This document shows positions 22,770-34,001 of a stretch of 64,000 nt of DNA, one piece after another. The position numbers and the translations under genes were made by a program. The notes beneath the pieces were generated by a model. The model worked only from the letters and a program-made list of their open reading frames with translations. It had not been told where the DNA came from and made no database searches. Source of the DNA: Thermodesulfobacteriota bacterium (GTDB lineage Bacteria; Desulfobacterota; Desulfarculia; JACQYL01). The DNA lies in the NCBI GenBank assembly GCA_963675595.2, contig CAXXLZ010000002.1, positions 3,200,001-3,264,000 of the forward strand, read 5' to 3'. Each line of letters begins with the position of its first letter. Position 1 is the stretch's first letter.

Positions 22770-25403
22770 CTATTCCAGGTAGAGCTCGTCAAGGGCATTG
22801 AAAAACCTGTCTTTGGCACGTTCGAATCGGTTGAGGACCTCCAGAATTTGGGCTTCCTTCCCGGAGCGCGCCAACGTCACCAACTCTTTCGCCAATGTGT
22901 GTACCTGTTCGTGATGCTTGCCCACTTCCGAAAACGCGGCCGCGCCGGCCAACTTTTCGCCCTCCGACCCGTGATACCATTTCCCGAAATCACACTCCAT
23001 GTGCGACTTCAGGGTTTCGGCGGTGATCGTAGTGTCTCCGTCCAGAGCGGCTTCCACCCTCTCTCGAAAAGCGAGATGGGCTTTCTTGACCGCTGAAATA
23101 TCGAAGCGCTGCTCCCCGATACGAAATTGTTCGACCAGTCCGCGAAGGCGATGAGAAAGCTCCGACAGTTGCTGGGACTTCAGTTCCAACTGGCCGGCCC
23201 CCGCCTTGGTGTGCAGGGCTTCCTCTTGCACGGATACCATGTTCGATGAAACCTCGCCGGCCACCGAAGAAACGACGCTCAGCGTATCGGTGAGCTCCGA
23301 GATGATCTGAGAGGTCCGGGCGATATTTTCGGCGATATCTTTCGTTGTTACGGATTGTTCTTCCACCGCGGTCGCTATGGTGGAGATGATTTCGTTCACC
23401 CCTGCGATGACCTGGGCGACCTCTTGCACATCCTTCACCGAAGTGGAGGTGGATTGCTTAATTTTTTGAACCTTTTCCTTGATGTCTTCGGTGGAACGGG
23501 CTGTTTGGCGGGACAGGGCTTTGATTTCATCCGCGACCACGGCGAATCCCTTGCCCGACTCCCCCGCCCTGGATGCCTCAATGGTTGCGTTGAGCGCCAG
23601 CAGGTTGGTCTGCTCCGAAATGTCCGCGATGGTCGCCGTCATCACATCGATCTCGTTGACGGCCTCATCCAAGAGACGCATCTCTTCCGTCGCTTGCCCG
23701 ATTCTTGACACGGCGTCATTGGAAATGAGCATGGCTCGTTCCGAGCTTTGGGCGATTTCAGCAATGGTCGAAGCCATTTCCTCCGAGGACGCGGCCATTT
23801 GGGAAGCCATGCCGGAGGCGTCTTCGGCCGCGGAGGCCACATGATCCGCTCTTTCGTTCATTTCGCGGGCGGCCGCCGCAACGGACTCGGACTTCTCGGC
23901 GGTCTTTCCGCTGGCCCGGGAGAGCCGGTTCTGTACGCTGCCCAGTTCCACCGAGGTGGAAACCAACGTTTCCACGGACCCCAGAATGCGCTTCAGCATA
24001 ATGCTCAAACTCGACACGGTCCGATTCAGAGCGTCGGCAAGATGGCCGATTTCACCGGCCTGCCGGACTTCCAGATGGTGCGCCAAGTTGCCTTTGGAAA
24101 CCTGTTCCGCGAATTCTAAGCTTCTTATCAAAGGAGACGTCAGCGTCCGTCCGGCAATGAAGTGAACCAAGAGAGCAATGAGGAGTACGAGAATCAGGGT
24201 TGATCCGGTGATAAACAGGACGGTCTTTCGGATGTCGGCCGCGATTCCGTCCCGAGTGACTTCCATCCTTTTCTTGAGTTTGAGCCTTTTTTCCGCAAGA
24301 GCGGCTTTTAGAAGTTCCGTTCGCTCCGTTACGCGTTTCTCGATGTCATCCACGTAAAGACCGGTGCCGATGACCCAGTTCCACGGTTTGAACAATCGGA
24401 CGAATGCGAGTTTGGGCTGAGGCGTCTGATATCCGTATTTGGGCCACATGTACTCCACGAAGCCCTCCCCGGAGGAGCGACATGTTTTCACGAATTCGAG
24501 GAAGAGCTTCTTTCCGTTGGGGTCCGTCATGGAAGACAAATCTTTTCCATTGAGTTCCGGTTTGTACGGATGCATGACCATGCGGGCTTCCATGTCGTTG
24601 ATCCAGAAATAATCCTCATTGTTGGGTCCGTACCGGAGAGAACCCAGGGAATCGGCGGCGTCCGCCATAAGTGTTTTTTCGGCCGCATCAAGGTAGATTC
24701 CGGACCCGATGATCCAATCCCACGGCTTGAAGTATTTCACATAGGACAATTTGGGCGTGGGCACTTGGCCCCCGTACTTGGGCCACATATATTCCACGAA
24801 CCCGCCGCCGGCCTCGCGGCCTACTTTGGCGAACTCCACGAAGATCTTTTTTCCGTTGGGATCCTGAACTCGAGAAACGTCCCGGCCGTTGAGTTCCGGT
24901 TTGTACGGATGCAGGATCATTTCGGGGAGGCTGTTGTTGATCCAGAAGTAATCCGCGTGGTCGGCGCCGTATCTCAATTGCTCAATAACGTTCATAGCCG
25001 ATTTTCGTCTGTTTTCCGGATTCAGGTAAGGATCTTCCGCCACCGCTCGGGCCACGCCGTAGGCGAGCTCGACCGCGTCCTTCAGTCGTCTTCCATAATA
25101 ATGCTCCAGTTTCTCGGGTGATCCCGCCATCTCCCAGCGCGTCCTCACAAATGAAACCGCAGTGTTCACCAGATCTTTCAGAGCGGATTTTCGGGACTCA
25201 TAGATCTCGTTTCGAAACGCTTCAATGCGAGCCGCCTCCTCTTTTTCGAGTTGTTCCAAAGATGATTTCTCGTTGCTTTGGATCTCGGCCATGACGGCGT
25301 ACGATGAGGAGTAGATGCGCTGGATCGAAATACCGCAGCATACCAGCGCGGTAATCAGCATGGGTACGACGGTCAACAACATCAGTTTGGCGTTGAGTTT
25401 CAC
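22770..25403 (-). CDS. Methyl-accepting chemotaxis protein: tandem Cache sensor modules, HAMP, C-terminal CZB zinc-binding domain
   Basis: Duplicated 'YFWIN...HPYKPELNG...DPNGKK...EYMWPK'; '[29 protein letters not shown]'; CZB '[10 protein letters not shown]...HEQVH'. Confidence 0.9.
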   Translation of the reverse strand: MKLNAKLMLLTVVPMLITALVCCGISIQRIYSSSYAVMAEIQSNEKSSLEQLEKEEAARIEAFRNEIYESRKSALKDLVNTAVSFVRTRWEMAGSPEKLEHYYGRRLKDAVELAYGVARAVAEDPYLNPENRRKSAMNVIEQLRYGADHADYFWINNSLPEMILHPYKPELNGRDVSRVQDPNGKKIFVEFAKVGREAGGGFVEYMWPKYGGQVPTPKLSYVKYFKPWDWIIGSGIYLDAAEKTLMADAADSLGSLRYGPNNEDYFWINDMEARMVMHPYKPELNGKDLSSMTDPNGKKLFLEFVKTCRSSGEGFVEYMWPKYGYQTPQPKLAFVRLFKPWNWVIGTGLYVDDIEKRVTERTELLKAALAEKRLKLKKRMEVTRDGIAADIRKTVLFITGSTLILVLLIALLVHFIAGRTLTSPLIRSLEFAEQVSKGNLAHHLEVRQAGEIGHLADALNRTVSSLSIMLKRILGSVETLVSTSVELGSVQNRLSRASGKTAEKSESVAAAAREMNERADHVASAAEDASGMASQMAASSEEMASTIAEIAQSSERAMLISNDAVSRIGQATEEMRLLDEAVNEIDVMTATIADISEQTNLLALNATIEASRAGESGKGFAVVADEIKALSRQTARSTEDIKEKVQKIKQSTSTSVKDVQEVAQVIAGVNEIISTIATAVEEQSVTTKDIAENIARTSQIISELTDTLSVVSSVAGEVSSNMVSVQEEALHTKAGAGQLELKSQQLSELSHRLRGLVEQFRIGEQRFDISAVKKAHLAFRERVEAALDGDTTITAETLKSHMECDFGKWYHGSEGEKLAGAAAFSEVGKHHEQVHTLAKELVTLARSGKEAQILEVLNRFERAKDRFFNALDELYLE

Positions 25404-25785
25404 GACGGCTCCCTAGTTGCGAATGTCATGCGGAGGACGAAACCGGACGGTACGATGGTACCCTAAAAAAGTGATTTGGAGAACCTTCTTTATAGTCGTT
25501 TTTTGGATCATATGGAACCACACGCGAAGGGCGCCCTTTCCTTCCGTGATTCGCACAGGGATCGTCCGCGGCATCTCGTTGCCGCCGGCAACCGAGAAAG
25601 GCCGTTCCGGAACCAGCCGGCCATCCTCTCGGAAATTCGACCAGGAGGACTATTTCCTAATTGATTCCTCCCTCGGTTCCCGAGCCCCCGGCGTTGTTTC
25701 GGCATACTGCCTGACGATTTCTCTGGCATCGCGGACGATTCGGTATCGAAGATCAACCCAGCTCTTGTCCCGTCGAAGTTCTTGG

Positions 25786-26063
25786 AAAGTGTTTCAAAAT
25801 CCATGCGGGCGTCAAACCGGCTCAGAAACTTCTCGAGAAATTCCGGGTAGTCCTTCTCTATATGTCGCGCCAGGATTTGGTAGACCTCCATTCGCCTTGT
25901 GGGGATCCGCCTGTCTACGAGGCCTCCAAAAGTGTTTCAAAATCCATGCGGGCGTCAAACCGGCTCAGAAACTTCTCGAGAAATTCCGGGTAGTCCTTCT
26001 CTATATGTCGCGCCAGGATTTGGTAGACCTCCATTCGCCTTGTGGGGATCCGCCTGTCTACGA
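25786..26063. repeat. 135-bp exact direct duplication (25786-25920 and 25929-26063) with 8-bp spacer GGCCTCCA
   Basis: Identical AAAGTGTTTCAAAATCC...CGCCTGTCTACGA blocks, period 143 bp. Confidence 0.92.
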
Positions 26064-27360
26064 TCTTTTTCACACCCCGGATTACCGTAAAGAAGAGATA
26101 CATGCAGCAAACCAGTTTTTGGAGGGAATCAAGCTCCTCGCGGGAAAAGTCTCGATTTTCCACCACGGCATGGGGTGGGGCCTTTTGGTGGATGATGCCG
26201 TAGTCCGCGGTATGTTCCCAGAAGTAGGAACCGGGAAGGACGAGGAAGCGGTAACATACGAATTGAGACACGTCCATTTCGGAAACCAGGAACTCCATGG
26301 TTTCAGTGACGCCCTCGTAGCTGTCACCCGGTAAGCCGTAGATCATCTCGACGCCGATCCGATCGCCGCAACGCTTTCGAAGGGATTTCAATCGCTCCGC
26401 GTAGGCGTCTCGGTGGAAGGTTCTGTTCAGATGATTCCTGTGCACTTCTTCCCGGATGGTCTGTAGACCGCACGCAATGGTGTTGGGTGCGGCGGGCAGG
26501 CGGGCGATTTCTTCAATGGTTTCATCGTCCAGAAATTCCGGATTGATCTCGAAGGAAACGGCGATTTCCTTCCAACGCGCGGCTCTTCTTTGGGCGTTCA
26601 GGCGGTGCACCTGTCGCAGGACCCAAAGGCCGTGGTCTCGTTTCAGGAAAAGGTCGGAATCGCAGAAATACAGCACCGTAATGTCACGGTGGCCGAAAAT
26701 CGCCTTCAGGTCCCGTTCGATTTTGGAGCCGGGGTAGAATCGGCATTTCCGTTGGGCGTCGGAATTCCAGGAACAATACCTGCAACGAAAGGGACAACCT
26801 CGGGAAGTCTCATAGTAAAGGTGCTCTGATTCCCGAGGTTCCAAATGAAGATCGTAATGGAAATCGCTCACGTCCACGTCGGGGATCCGTTGATTCTCAA
26901 CGACCTTGCCGTTTTGAAGGAAGAGCAGATTGGGAATATCTTCCCAAGTGGGGCTCCCTTTCCGAACTCGACGGAGAATCTCATTAAAAACGGGCTCCCC
27001 CGGGCCTCTAACCACCACATCCACCCCGGCGCGCAGAAGGTACCGATCCGCGAAGAATGCGGCGTAAGCGCCTCCCAAAACGATCAATACTTCGGGAGCA
27101 ACCCGCTTGATGCAAGCGCACATACATTCCACCAGCAAAGCATTCCAGATGTACACGGAAAAAGCGACGAGGTTGGGGGCTTCCGCCAAGAGTCGGTCGA
27201 CGGCGGAGTCCGGATCCTCGTCGGTTCCCAGAAGGTGAAAGCGCACCTCGAAGAAAGCGCTCAGACCGGCGTCATCCATAAGGCCCTTCAGCTGGCGGAG
27301 CGCCAGCAGATGAGAAGCCGTGCGCGGAGGGAGAATGGACACCAAGGCAATGCGGTGCAT
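25915..27360 (-). CDS. Cobalamin-dependent radical SAM protein, C-terminus truncated by the duplication
   Basis: B12-binding region 'VAFSVYIWN...IVLGG', 'ETSRGCPFRCRYC'. Confidence 0.8.
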   Translation of the reverse strand: MHRIALVSILPPRTASHLLALRQLKGLMDDAGLSAFFEVRFHLLGTDEDPDSAVDRLLAEAPNLVAFSVYIWNALLVECMCACIKRVAPEVLIVLGGAYAAFFADRYLLRAGVDVVVRGPGEPVFNEILRRVRKGSPTWEDIPNLLFLQNGKVVENQRIPDVDVSDFHYDLHLEPRESEHLYYETSRGCPFRCRYCSWNSDAQRKCRFYPGSKIERDLKAIFGHRDITVLYFCDSDLFLKRDHGLWVLRQVHRLNAQRRAARWKEIAVSFEINPEFLDDETIEEIARLPAAPNTIACGLQTIREEVHRNHLNRTFHRDAYAERLKSLRKRCGDRIGVEMIYGLPGDSYEGVTETMEFLVSEMDVSQFVCYRFLVLPGSYFWEHTADYGIIHQKAPPHAVVENRDFSREELDSLQKLVCCMYLFFTVIRGVKKIVDRRIPTRRMEVYQILARHIEKDYPEFLEKFLSRFDARMDFETLLEAS

Positions 27361-27572
27361 GCGTTTGCTTTCGGCACTGGATTAGACGGAAATCGAGGAT
27401 ACCCGCCCTGACTGCAGGATCATTTGCGTAATTTCTCGACCCAGCCGTAATTCTAATCGGTACAAAGGAGTCGGGTCAACGCCCGGCCTTCACGCTGTCC
27501 CGGAAACGGTAGTTTTCACGGTAGGTTGCGAGTCCGGTAGGGGCGCGGAACAGGAGCGGACGGAAAGAATTC

Positions 27573-27601
27573 CTTGACCTTATGTCTGGATTGACATAAG
27601 T
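27573..27601 (+). promoter_or_regulatory. Upstream motif of the Sec-FDH: TTGAC-N12-TTGACATAAGT with palindrome CTTATGTC-N6-GACATAAG
   Basis: The same tandem motif with the same spacing recurs upstream of the paralog (30899-30926). Confidence 0.5.
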
Positions 27602-27935
27602 AATGTAACGCATTTGTTCGGAAGGCCGGGAACTCTTACCGTGTTGTTTTTCCGGCGGGTTACCGCAAAAGGGCCGACCGTGCAGGTGGAAGACGGAAGA
27701 GAGCTCCCGGAGGCGGTCCGGTGATCTCGATCCGGGACGACTACGGGTATTGAGAGTTCTTCCTTCAGGGGACGAGGCGGATGGAAACGTCCGACCTCGT
27801 TCGTGAAATCTTTCTCCCGAAGAGAAGCTCTCACATCCGGCCAAGGGACGCGGAGCGCCTCAAATCCGCACGCCCTCAGGGGTGAGGCGCTTCCGTGAAT
27901 CATCATTACGGACGAATCGAGCGGAGACATCGGTC

Positions 27936-30701
27936 ATGCCCCAGCTCACAGTGAATGGAAAAACTTGCGATTTCGAAGTGGGACAAACCATTCTGGATGT
28001 GGCCCGCGCACACGGCGTGCGCATTCCCACCTTGTGTTACCTTAAAGGCACCCAACCCACCGGGGCCTGCCGGATCTGTGTGGTGGAGGTGAAAGGTCAA
28101 GACAGGCTCTTGCCGTCCTGCGACACGCCCGCGGATGAAGGCATGGAAGTGTGGACGGATACGGAACGCGTTCGGACGGCTCGGCGCACGGTCCTTGAGA
28201 TGCTGGTGGCATCGGGACTACACGATTGCTTTGTGGCCGACGGCGCTGAGGAAAATTGGACGGCCCTTCAGTTGGAGACGCAGAAGAATCCCTGGCACGG
28301 ACAGATCTGTCCGGCCCACGGGGATTGCCGACTGCAGGACCTGGTGGTTGAGTACGGCGTTAAAGTGAAGTTTCCCGTTCCCGCGGATCGGGAATACCCT
28401 CTGGACGACGAGCACCCCATGATCGTCCGGGACTTCAGTCGATGCATCCTCTGCGGCAGGTGCGTGCAGGCTTGTAACGAGGTGCAGGTCAACGAAGCGA
28501 TCCCCGTTCCCTTCGGCAGAAGAGAAGAGCACCAGGATGCGCGGGGGTGGTTCCCGTTGGCGGACTACGACCGATGCACTCATTGCGGGGAATGCGTTCA
28601 GGCTTGTCCCGTGGGCGCGCTTTTCGAAAAGAAGGCCTTCGGTCTGGCCCATGCCGGCGAAGTCGAAAAGATCAGGACCACCTGCCCTTACTGCGGCGTG
28701 GGATGCCAGCTCTGGCTGCACGTGAAGGAAGGCAAGATCGTCAAAGTCACCGGAGTGGCCGACGCACAGCCGAACCAGGGGCGGCTTTGCGTCAAAGGCA
28801 GATTCGGTTACGATTTCATCTATTCTTCCGAACGACTCAAAACGCCGCTGATCCGGGAAGGAGACGGTTTCCGGGAGGCCTCCTGGGATGAGGCTCTGGA
28901 CTTTACGGCAAAGAAGTTTACGGAAATACGGGAGAAACACGGTCCGGATGCGCTGGCGGGCGTGAGCTGCGCCAGGAGCATCAACGAAGACTCCTATAAC
29001 ATGCAAAAGCTGTTCCGCGCGGTGATCGGCACCAATAACGTCGATCACTGCGCACGTACTTGACACGCTCCCACCGTCGCCGGGCTGGCGACAGCATTTG
29101 GTTCGGGAGCCATGACCAACTCCTTCGAGGATTTTCTCGTAGCGAAGATGTTTTTCGTCATAGGGTCCAACACCACGGAAGCCCATCCCGTGGCCGCCAC
29201 TTTCATCAAACGGGCGGTGCGGAACGGGGCGCGCATGATCGTGGTGGACCCCAGGTACACGGGCATCGCCGAACACGCCACCTCGTATGTCCGAATCAAG
29301 GTGGGATCGGACATCGCCTTTATCAACGGTCTGATGCACGTGTTGATTACGGAGAACCTGTACGACCGTAACTACGTGCAGTCCTGCACCACGGGATTCG
29401 AGGAACTCGAAGCCAAGGTGCTCGAATATCCGCCTCGACGGGCGGCTGAAATCTCCGGGGTTCCGGCCGACGAAATCCGACGGATCGCCCGGGAACTGGC
29501 GTCGGTCAAACCCGCCATGCTGATCTATACGCTGGGCATCACGGAGCACACCTGCGGCGTGCACAACGTGTTGTCCTGCGCCAACCTCCAGATGCTTCTA
29601 GGGAACGTGGGCTTCCGTTGCGGCGGGGTGAATCCGCTCCGCGGCCAGAACAACGTGCAGGGAGCCTGCGATATGGGCGCGTTGCCCAATGTGTTCCCCG
29701 GCTACCAGAAGGTGATCGATGAAGCCGCCAGGGCCAAGTTCGAGAAATTCTGGGGCGTGGAGAAGCTTCCGGACAAAAACGGCTTGATGATGCCCGACAT
29801 GATGGACGGATTGGTGAACGGCAACGTCAAAGCGTTTTATGTGTTCGGAGAAAATCTGGCCAATACGGAGCCCGACATCCGACACGTGGAGCACTGCCTG
29901 AGTTCGGCGGAATTCCTGGTGTGCAACGACATCTTCCCCACGGAGACCACCCGTTTCGCTCATGTGATCTTTCCGGCGGCGGCGTGGAGTGAGAACGACG
30001 GCACCTTCACCAACTCGGAACGGCGGGTGAACCGGGTACGCACGGCTTCGCAGCCGCCCGGCGAGTCTCGTCCCAACTGGTGGGTGTTCAAGGAAATCGC
30101 CGCCAGGATGGGGCATCAATGGGAGTCCAATAGCGCTCAGGAAATCTGGGACAACGAGATCGCGGTGATCGCACCGCAAATGGCGGGGATCAAATATTCG
30201 CGCATCGAGCGCGATGGGCTGCAGTGGCCCGTTCCGGACCTCGAACATCCCGGCACCTCGTTCCTGCACAAGGACGGTTGTTTCACCTGCGGCCTGGGGA
30301 ATTTTACGCCCGTGGACTGGACGCCTCCGGCGGAGGTTCCGGACGCGGAGTATCCTTTGGTCCTGAGCACGGGGCGTCGTTTGTATCACTATCATACACG
30401 CACCCAGACCGGCCGTTGCGAGGGGCTCAACGTACTCCTGCCCTATGAGACGGCGGATATTTCCGCGGCGGACGCCATTACCCTTGGTATCGGCGACGGA
30501 GAACGGATTCGGGTGAAATCCCGAAGAGGGGAAGTGGAGGTGGTGGCCAAAGTGACGCCTCAAGTTCCCCAGGGGTTGGTTTGGATGGCCTTTCACTTCC
30601 GGGAAGGCTGCGCCAACTGGCTCACCAACCCGGTGTATGATCCCATTTCCCTTACCGCCGAATACAAGGCGTGCGCCGTGCGGTTGGAGAAGATTCAGTA
30701 G
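27936..30701 (+). CDS. fdhF: Formate dehydrogenase alpha subunit (FdhF-type Mo/W-bisPGD with N-terminal Fe-S domains), selenocysteine-containing; 921 aa reading through UGA 29061-29063
   Basis: ORFs 27882-29063 and 29112-30701 are in one frame; 'DHCART-UGA-HAPTVAGLA' aligns to 'DHCARTCHAPTVAGLA' in the paralog; readthrough gives the same length, 921 aa. Confidence 0.93.
29064..29092 (+). promoter_or_regulatory. Bacterial SECIS element
   Basis: Hairpin GTCGCC-GGGCT-GGCGAC (29076-29092) starting 12 nt after the in-frame UGA. Confidence 0.75.
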
Positions 30702-30753
30702 GAGTTCCATCTCCCGTTCCTCATATCGGGGCCGGTGATCCCGTACCCGATTC

Positions 30754-30783
30754 AACGGGGGCCTATCAGGCCCCCGTTTTTTT
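30754..30783 (+). terminator. Rho-independent terminator after the Sec-FDH
   Basis: AACGGGGGCCT-ATC-AGGCCCCCGTT followed by a T run. Confidence 0.85.
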
Positions 30784-31235
30784 ATCTTAGCCCCATCCCA
30801 TGTCCATCGAGTCGTTCTTCCCGTTCATGACCGTTCCTTGATCCCGATTTCCCGCGCTAGGAAGATATTTTGGAGAGATGCCGTACTTCCATAAACTCTT
30901 GACGCGGGACGAATCTTGACATAAGTGATAGGCAATAGAAATGAAGCATATTGAGTTTTCCGATAGTTGTTCCCGGCTCCGCCGGTACGGGGTGGAATAT
31001 CCCTCGTCTTCAGGAGGGGCATCCCGTGCAATCGTGGGGTTCCGCCTTTGCCGGGGGTTTTGGTGATGCGGAGGCCGGTTCCGTTTTCAGTTCCAGGGGA
31101 CGGGTCGGGGATATGCGGGAAACTCGATCGTAGGCAATACTCCCGAATAGGCCGTGAAGGGAGCCGGAGGGCCTTCGACGCCGGAGACGCTCTCGGAAAC
31201 CATCATTCATCGCGAATACAACGGAGACATCGGTC

Positions 31236-34001
31236 ATGCCCCAACTCACAATGAACGGAAAAATTTGCGATTTCGAAATGGGACAAACCATTTTGGATGT
31301 GGCCCGCGCACACGGCGTGCGTATCCCCACCCTATGTTACCTCAAGGGAACCCGACCCACCGGAGCCTGTCGTATCTGTGTGGTGGAAGTGAAAGGACGG
31401 GACAGGCTTCTGCCGTCCTGTGACACGCCCGCGGATGGAGGCATGGAGGTGTGGACGGATACCGAATGGGTCCGGACGAGTCGTCGGACGGTCCTCGAGA
31501 TGCTGGCCGCGTCCGGCCTGCACGATTGCTTTGTGGCCGACGCCCAAGAGGAAGGCTGGACGACGCTGCAGTTGGAGACGCAGAAGAATCCCTGGCACGG
31601 GCAACTCTGCCCGGTACATGGAGATTGCAGGTTGCAGGACTTGGTCGTCGAATACGGGGTGAAAGTAAGGTTTCCCGTTCCGGCGGACCGGGAATACCCT
31701 CTGGACGACGAGCACCCCATGATCGTCCGGGACTTCAGTCGCTGCATCCTTTGCGGCAGATGCGTGCAGGCCTGTAACGAGGTGCAGGTTAACGAAGCGA
31801 TCCCCGTTCCCTTCGGTAGAAGAGAAGAGCATCAGGATGCGCGGGGATGGTTCCCATTGGCGGATTACGACCGCTGCACCCACTGCGGGGAATGCGTTCA
31901 GGCTTGTCCCGTGGGAGCGCTTTTCGAAAAGAAGGCCTTCGGCTTGGCCCATCAGGGGGAGATGGAGAAGATCAGGACCACCTGTCCTTACTGCGGCGTC
32001 GGATGTCAGCTTTGGCTCCACGTCAAGGAGGGGCGTATCGTCAAGGTCACCGGAGTGGCCGACGGGAAGCCGAACATGGGGAGCCTATGTGTCAAAGGCA
32101 GATTCGGTTACGATTTCATCTATTCTTCCGAACGTCTCAAAACGCCGCTGATCCGGGAAGGAGACGTTTTCCGGGAGGCCTCCTGGGACGAGGCCCTGGA
32201 CTATACGGCAAAGAAATTTATGGAAATCCGGGAAAAACATGGCCCGGATGCGTTGGCCGGCGTGAGTTGCGCCAGGAGCATCAACGAAGACTCCTATAAT
32301 ATGCAGAAGCTGTTCCGCGCGGTGATCGGCACCAACAACATCGATCACTGCGCGCGGACGTGTCACGCGCCCACCGTGGCCGGCTTGGCCATTTCCTTCG
32401 GTTCCGGGGCCATGACCAACTCCTTCGAGGACTTCCTTGAGGCGAAAATGTTTTTCGTCATCGGCTCCAACACCACGGAAGCCCATCCCGTGGCTTCCAC
32501 TTTCCTGAAACGGGCGGTGCGTAACGGGGCGCGCATGATCGTGGTGGACCCGAGATACTCCGGCATCGCCGAGCATGCCACACGATACGTCCAAATCAAA
32601 GTGGGATCGGACATCGCTTTGATCAACGGCTTGATGCACGTGTTGATTACGGAGGGCCTTTACGACCGGGAGTATGTGCGGTCGTGCACCACCGGATTCG
32701 AGGAACTGGAAGCCAAGGTGCTTGAGTACCCGCCCCGGCGAGCGGCTGAAATCACCGGGGTTCCCGCCGACGAGATTCGACGAATCGCACGGGAACTGGC
32801 GTCGGTGAAACCTCTCATGTTGGTTTACACCTTAGGCATCACGGAACACACTTGTGGTGTGCACAACGTGGTGTCCTGCGCCAACCTCCAAATGTTGTTG
32901 GGAAACGTGGGATTCCGCTGCGGCGGAGTGAATCCGCTCCGGGGACAAAACAATGTGCAGGGAGCCTGCGACATGGGGGCTTTGCCCAATGTTTTCCCTG
33001 GATATCACAAGGTTGTGGATCCTGCGGCAAGAGCCAAATTCGAGCAGTTCTGGGGCGTGGAAAATCTTCCCGAGGAAAACGGACTCATGATGCCCGACAT
33101 GCTGGAAGGACTGGTAAAAGGCAACATCAAAGGGTTCTATGTATTCGGAGAGAACTTGGCCAACACGGAGCCGGACATCCGGCATGTCGAGCATTGCCTG
33201 AGTTCGGCTGAATTCCTGGTCTGCAACGACATCTTTCCCACGGAGACCACGCGCTTTGCGCATGTGATCTTTCCGGCGGCGGCATGGAGTGAAAACGACG
33301 GCACCTTTACCAACTCGGAACGACGAGTAAACCGGGTGCGCACCGCTTCCGAAGCGCCCGGAGTCGCCAAGCCCAACTGGTGGGTGTTCAAGGAAATCGC
33401 CGCCAGGATGGGACATCAATGGAAGTCCGACAGTGCTCAGGAGATCTGGGACAACGAGGTGTCCGTGATGGCTCCCCAATTGGCCGGAATCAAATACGCC
33501 CGCATTGAACGCGACGGTCTTCAATGGCCCGTGCCGGACCTTGAACATCCGGGAACGTCGTACCTGCACAAAGACGGCTGTTTCACCTGCGGCCTGGGGA
33601 ACTTCACGGCGGTGGACTGGACGCCTCCTGCGGAGGTTCCCGATGAGGAATATCCTTTCACTTTGAGCACGGGCCGTCGATTGTATCATTACCACACGCG
33701 CACCCAGACCGGTCGTTGTGTGGGGCTGAACGACCTGCTGCCCCATGAGACGGCGGACATCTCCGCGGCGGATGCGGAAAGCCTGGGAATCCGCGACGGA
33801 GAACTGATCCGGGTCAAATCCCGTAGAGGGGAAGTGGAGGTGGTGGCCAAAGTGACCCCCCAGGTTCCCCCCGGGTTGGTTTGGATGGCGTTTCACTTTC
33901 GGGAAGGTTGCGCCAACTGGATCACCAATCCGGCCTATGATCCCATATCCTTAACGGCCGAGTCCAAGGCCTGCGCCGTGCAGTTGGAGCGGATTTCCTA
34001 G
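31236..34001 (+). CDS. fdhF: Formate dehydrogenase alpha subunit, cysteine-containing paralog (921 aa)
   Basis: 'TTCPYCGVGC', 'DHCARTCHAPT', 'PLRGQNNVQGACDMG'; collinear with 27936-30701. Confidence 0.93.
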   Translation: MPQLTMNGKICDFEMGQTILDVARAHGVRIPTLCYLKGTRPTGACRICVVEVKGRDRLLPSCDTPADGGMEVWTDTEWVRTSRRTVLEMLAASGLHDCFVADAQEEGWTTLQLETQKNPWHGQLCPVHGDCRLQDLVVEYGVKVRFPVPADREYPLDDEHPMIVRDFSRCILCGRCVQACNEVQVNEAIPVPFGRREEHQDARGWFPLADYDRCTHCGECVQACPVGALFEKKAFGLAHQGEMEKIRTTCPYCGVGCQLWLHVKEGRIVKVTGVADGKPNMGSLCVKGRFGYDFIYSSERLKTPLIREGDVFREASWDEALDYTAKKFMEIREKHGPDALAGVSCARSINEDSYNMQKLFRAVIGTNNIDHCARTCHAPTVAGLAISFGSGAMTNSFEDFLEAKMFFVIGSNTTEAHPVASTFLKRAVRNGARMIVVDPRYSGIAEHATRYVQIKVGSDIALINGLMHVLITEGLYDREYVRSCTTGFEELEAKVLEYPPRRAAEITGVPADEIRRIARELASVKPLMLVYTLGITEHTCGVHNVVSCANLQMLLGNVGFRCGGVNPLRGQNNVQGACDMGALPNVFPGYHKVVDPAARAKFEQFWGVENLPEENGLMMPDMLEGLVKGNIKGFYVFGENLANTEPDIRHVEHCLSSAEFLVCNDIFPTETTRFAHVIFPAAAWSENDGTFTNSERRVNRVRTASEAPGVAKPNWWVFKEIAARMGHQWKSDSAQEIWDNEVSVMAPQLAGIKYARIERDGLQWPVPDLEHPGTSYLHKDGCFTCGLGNFTAVDWTPPAEVPDEEYPFTLSTGRRLYHYHTRTQTGRCVGLNDLLPHETADISAADAESLGIRDGELIRVKSRRGEVEVVAKVTPQVPPGLVWMAFHFREGCANWITNPAYDPISLTAESKACAVQLERIS

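Noticed and set aside
25417-26334. 305-aa plus-strand ORF with an internal repeat
   Set aside because: The repeat is just the 135-bp DNA duplication read antisense to the radical SAM gene.
27361-27935. Cobalamin or Moco riboswitch between the radical SAM gene and the FDH
   Set aside because: I could not find the conserved core motifs by eye; an Rfam scan would be needed.
29112-30701. Separate 529-aa ORF, or an FDH pseudogene split by a stop codon
   Set aside because: The UGA aligns with the catalytic Cys of the paralog and is followed by a SECIS hairpin, so it is one selenoprotein gene.
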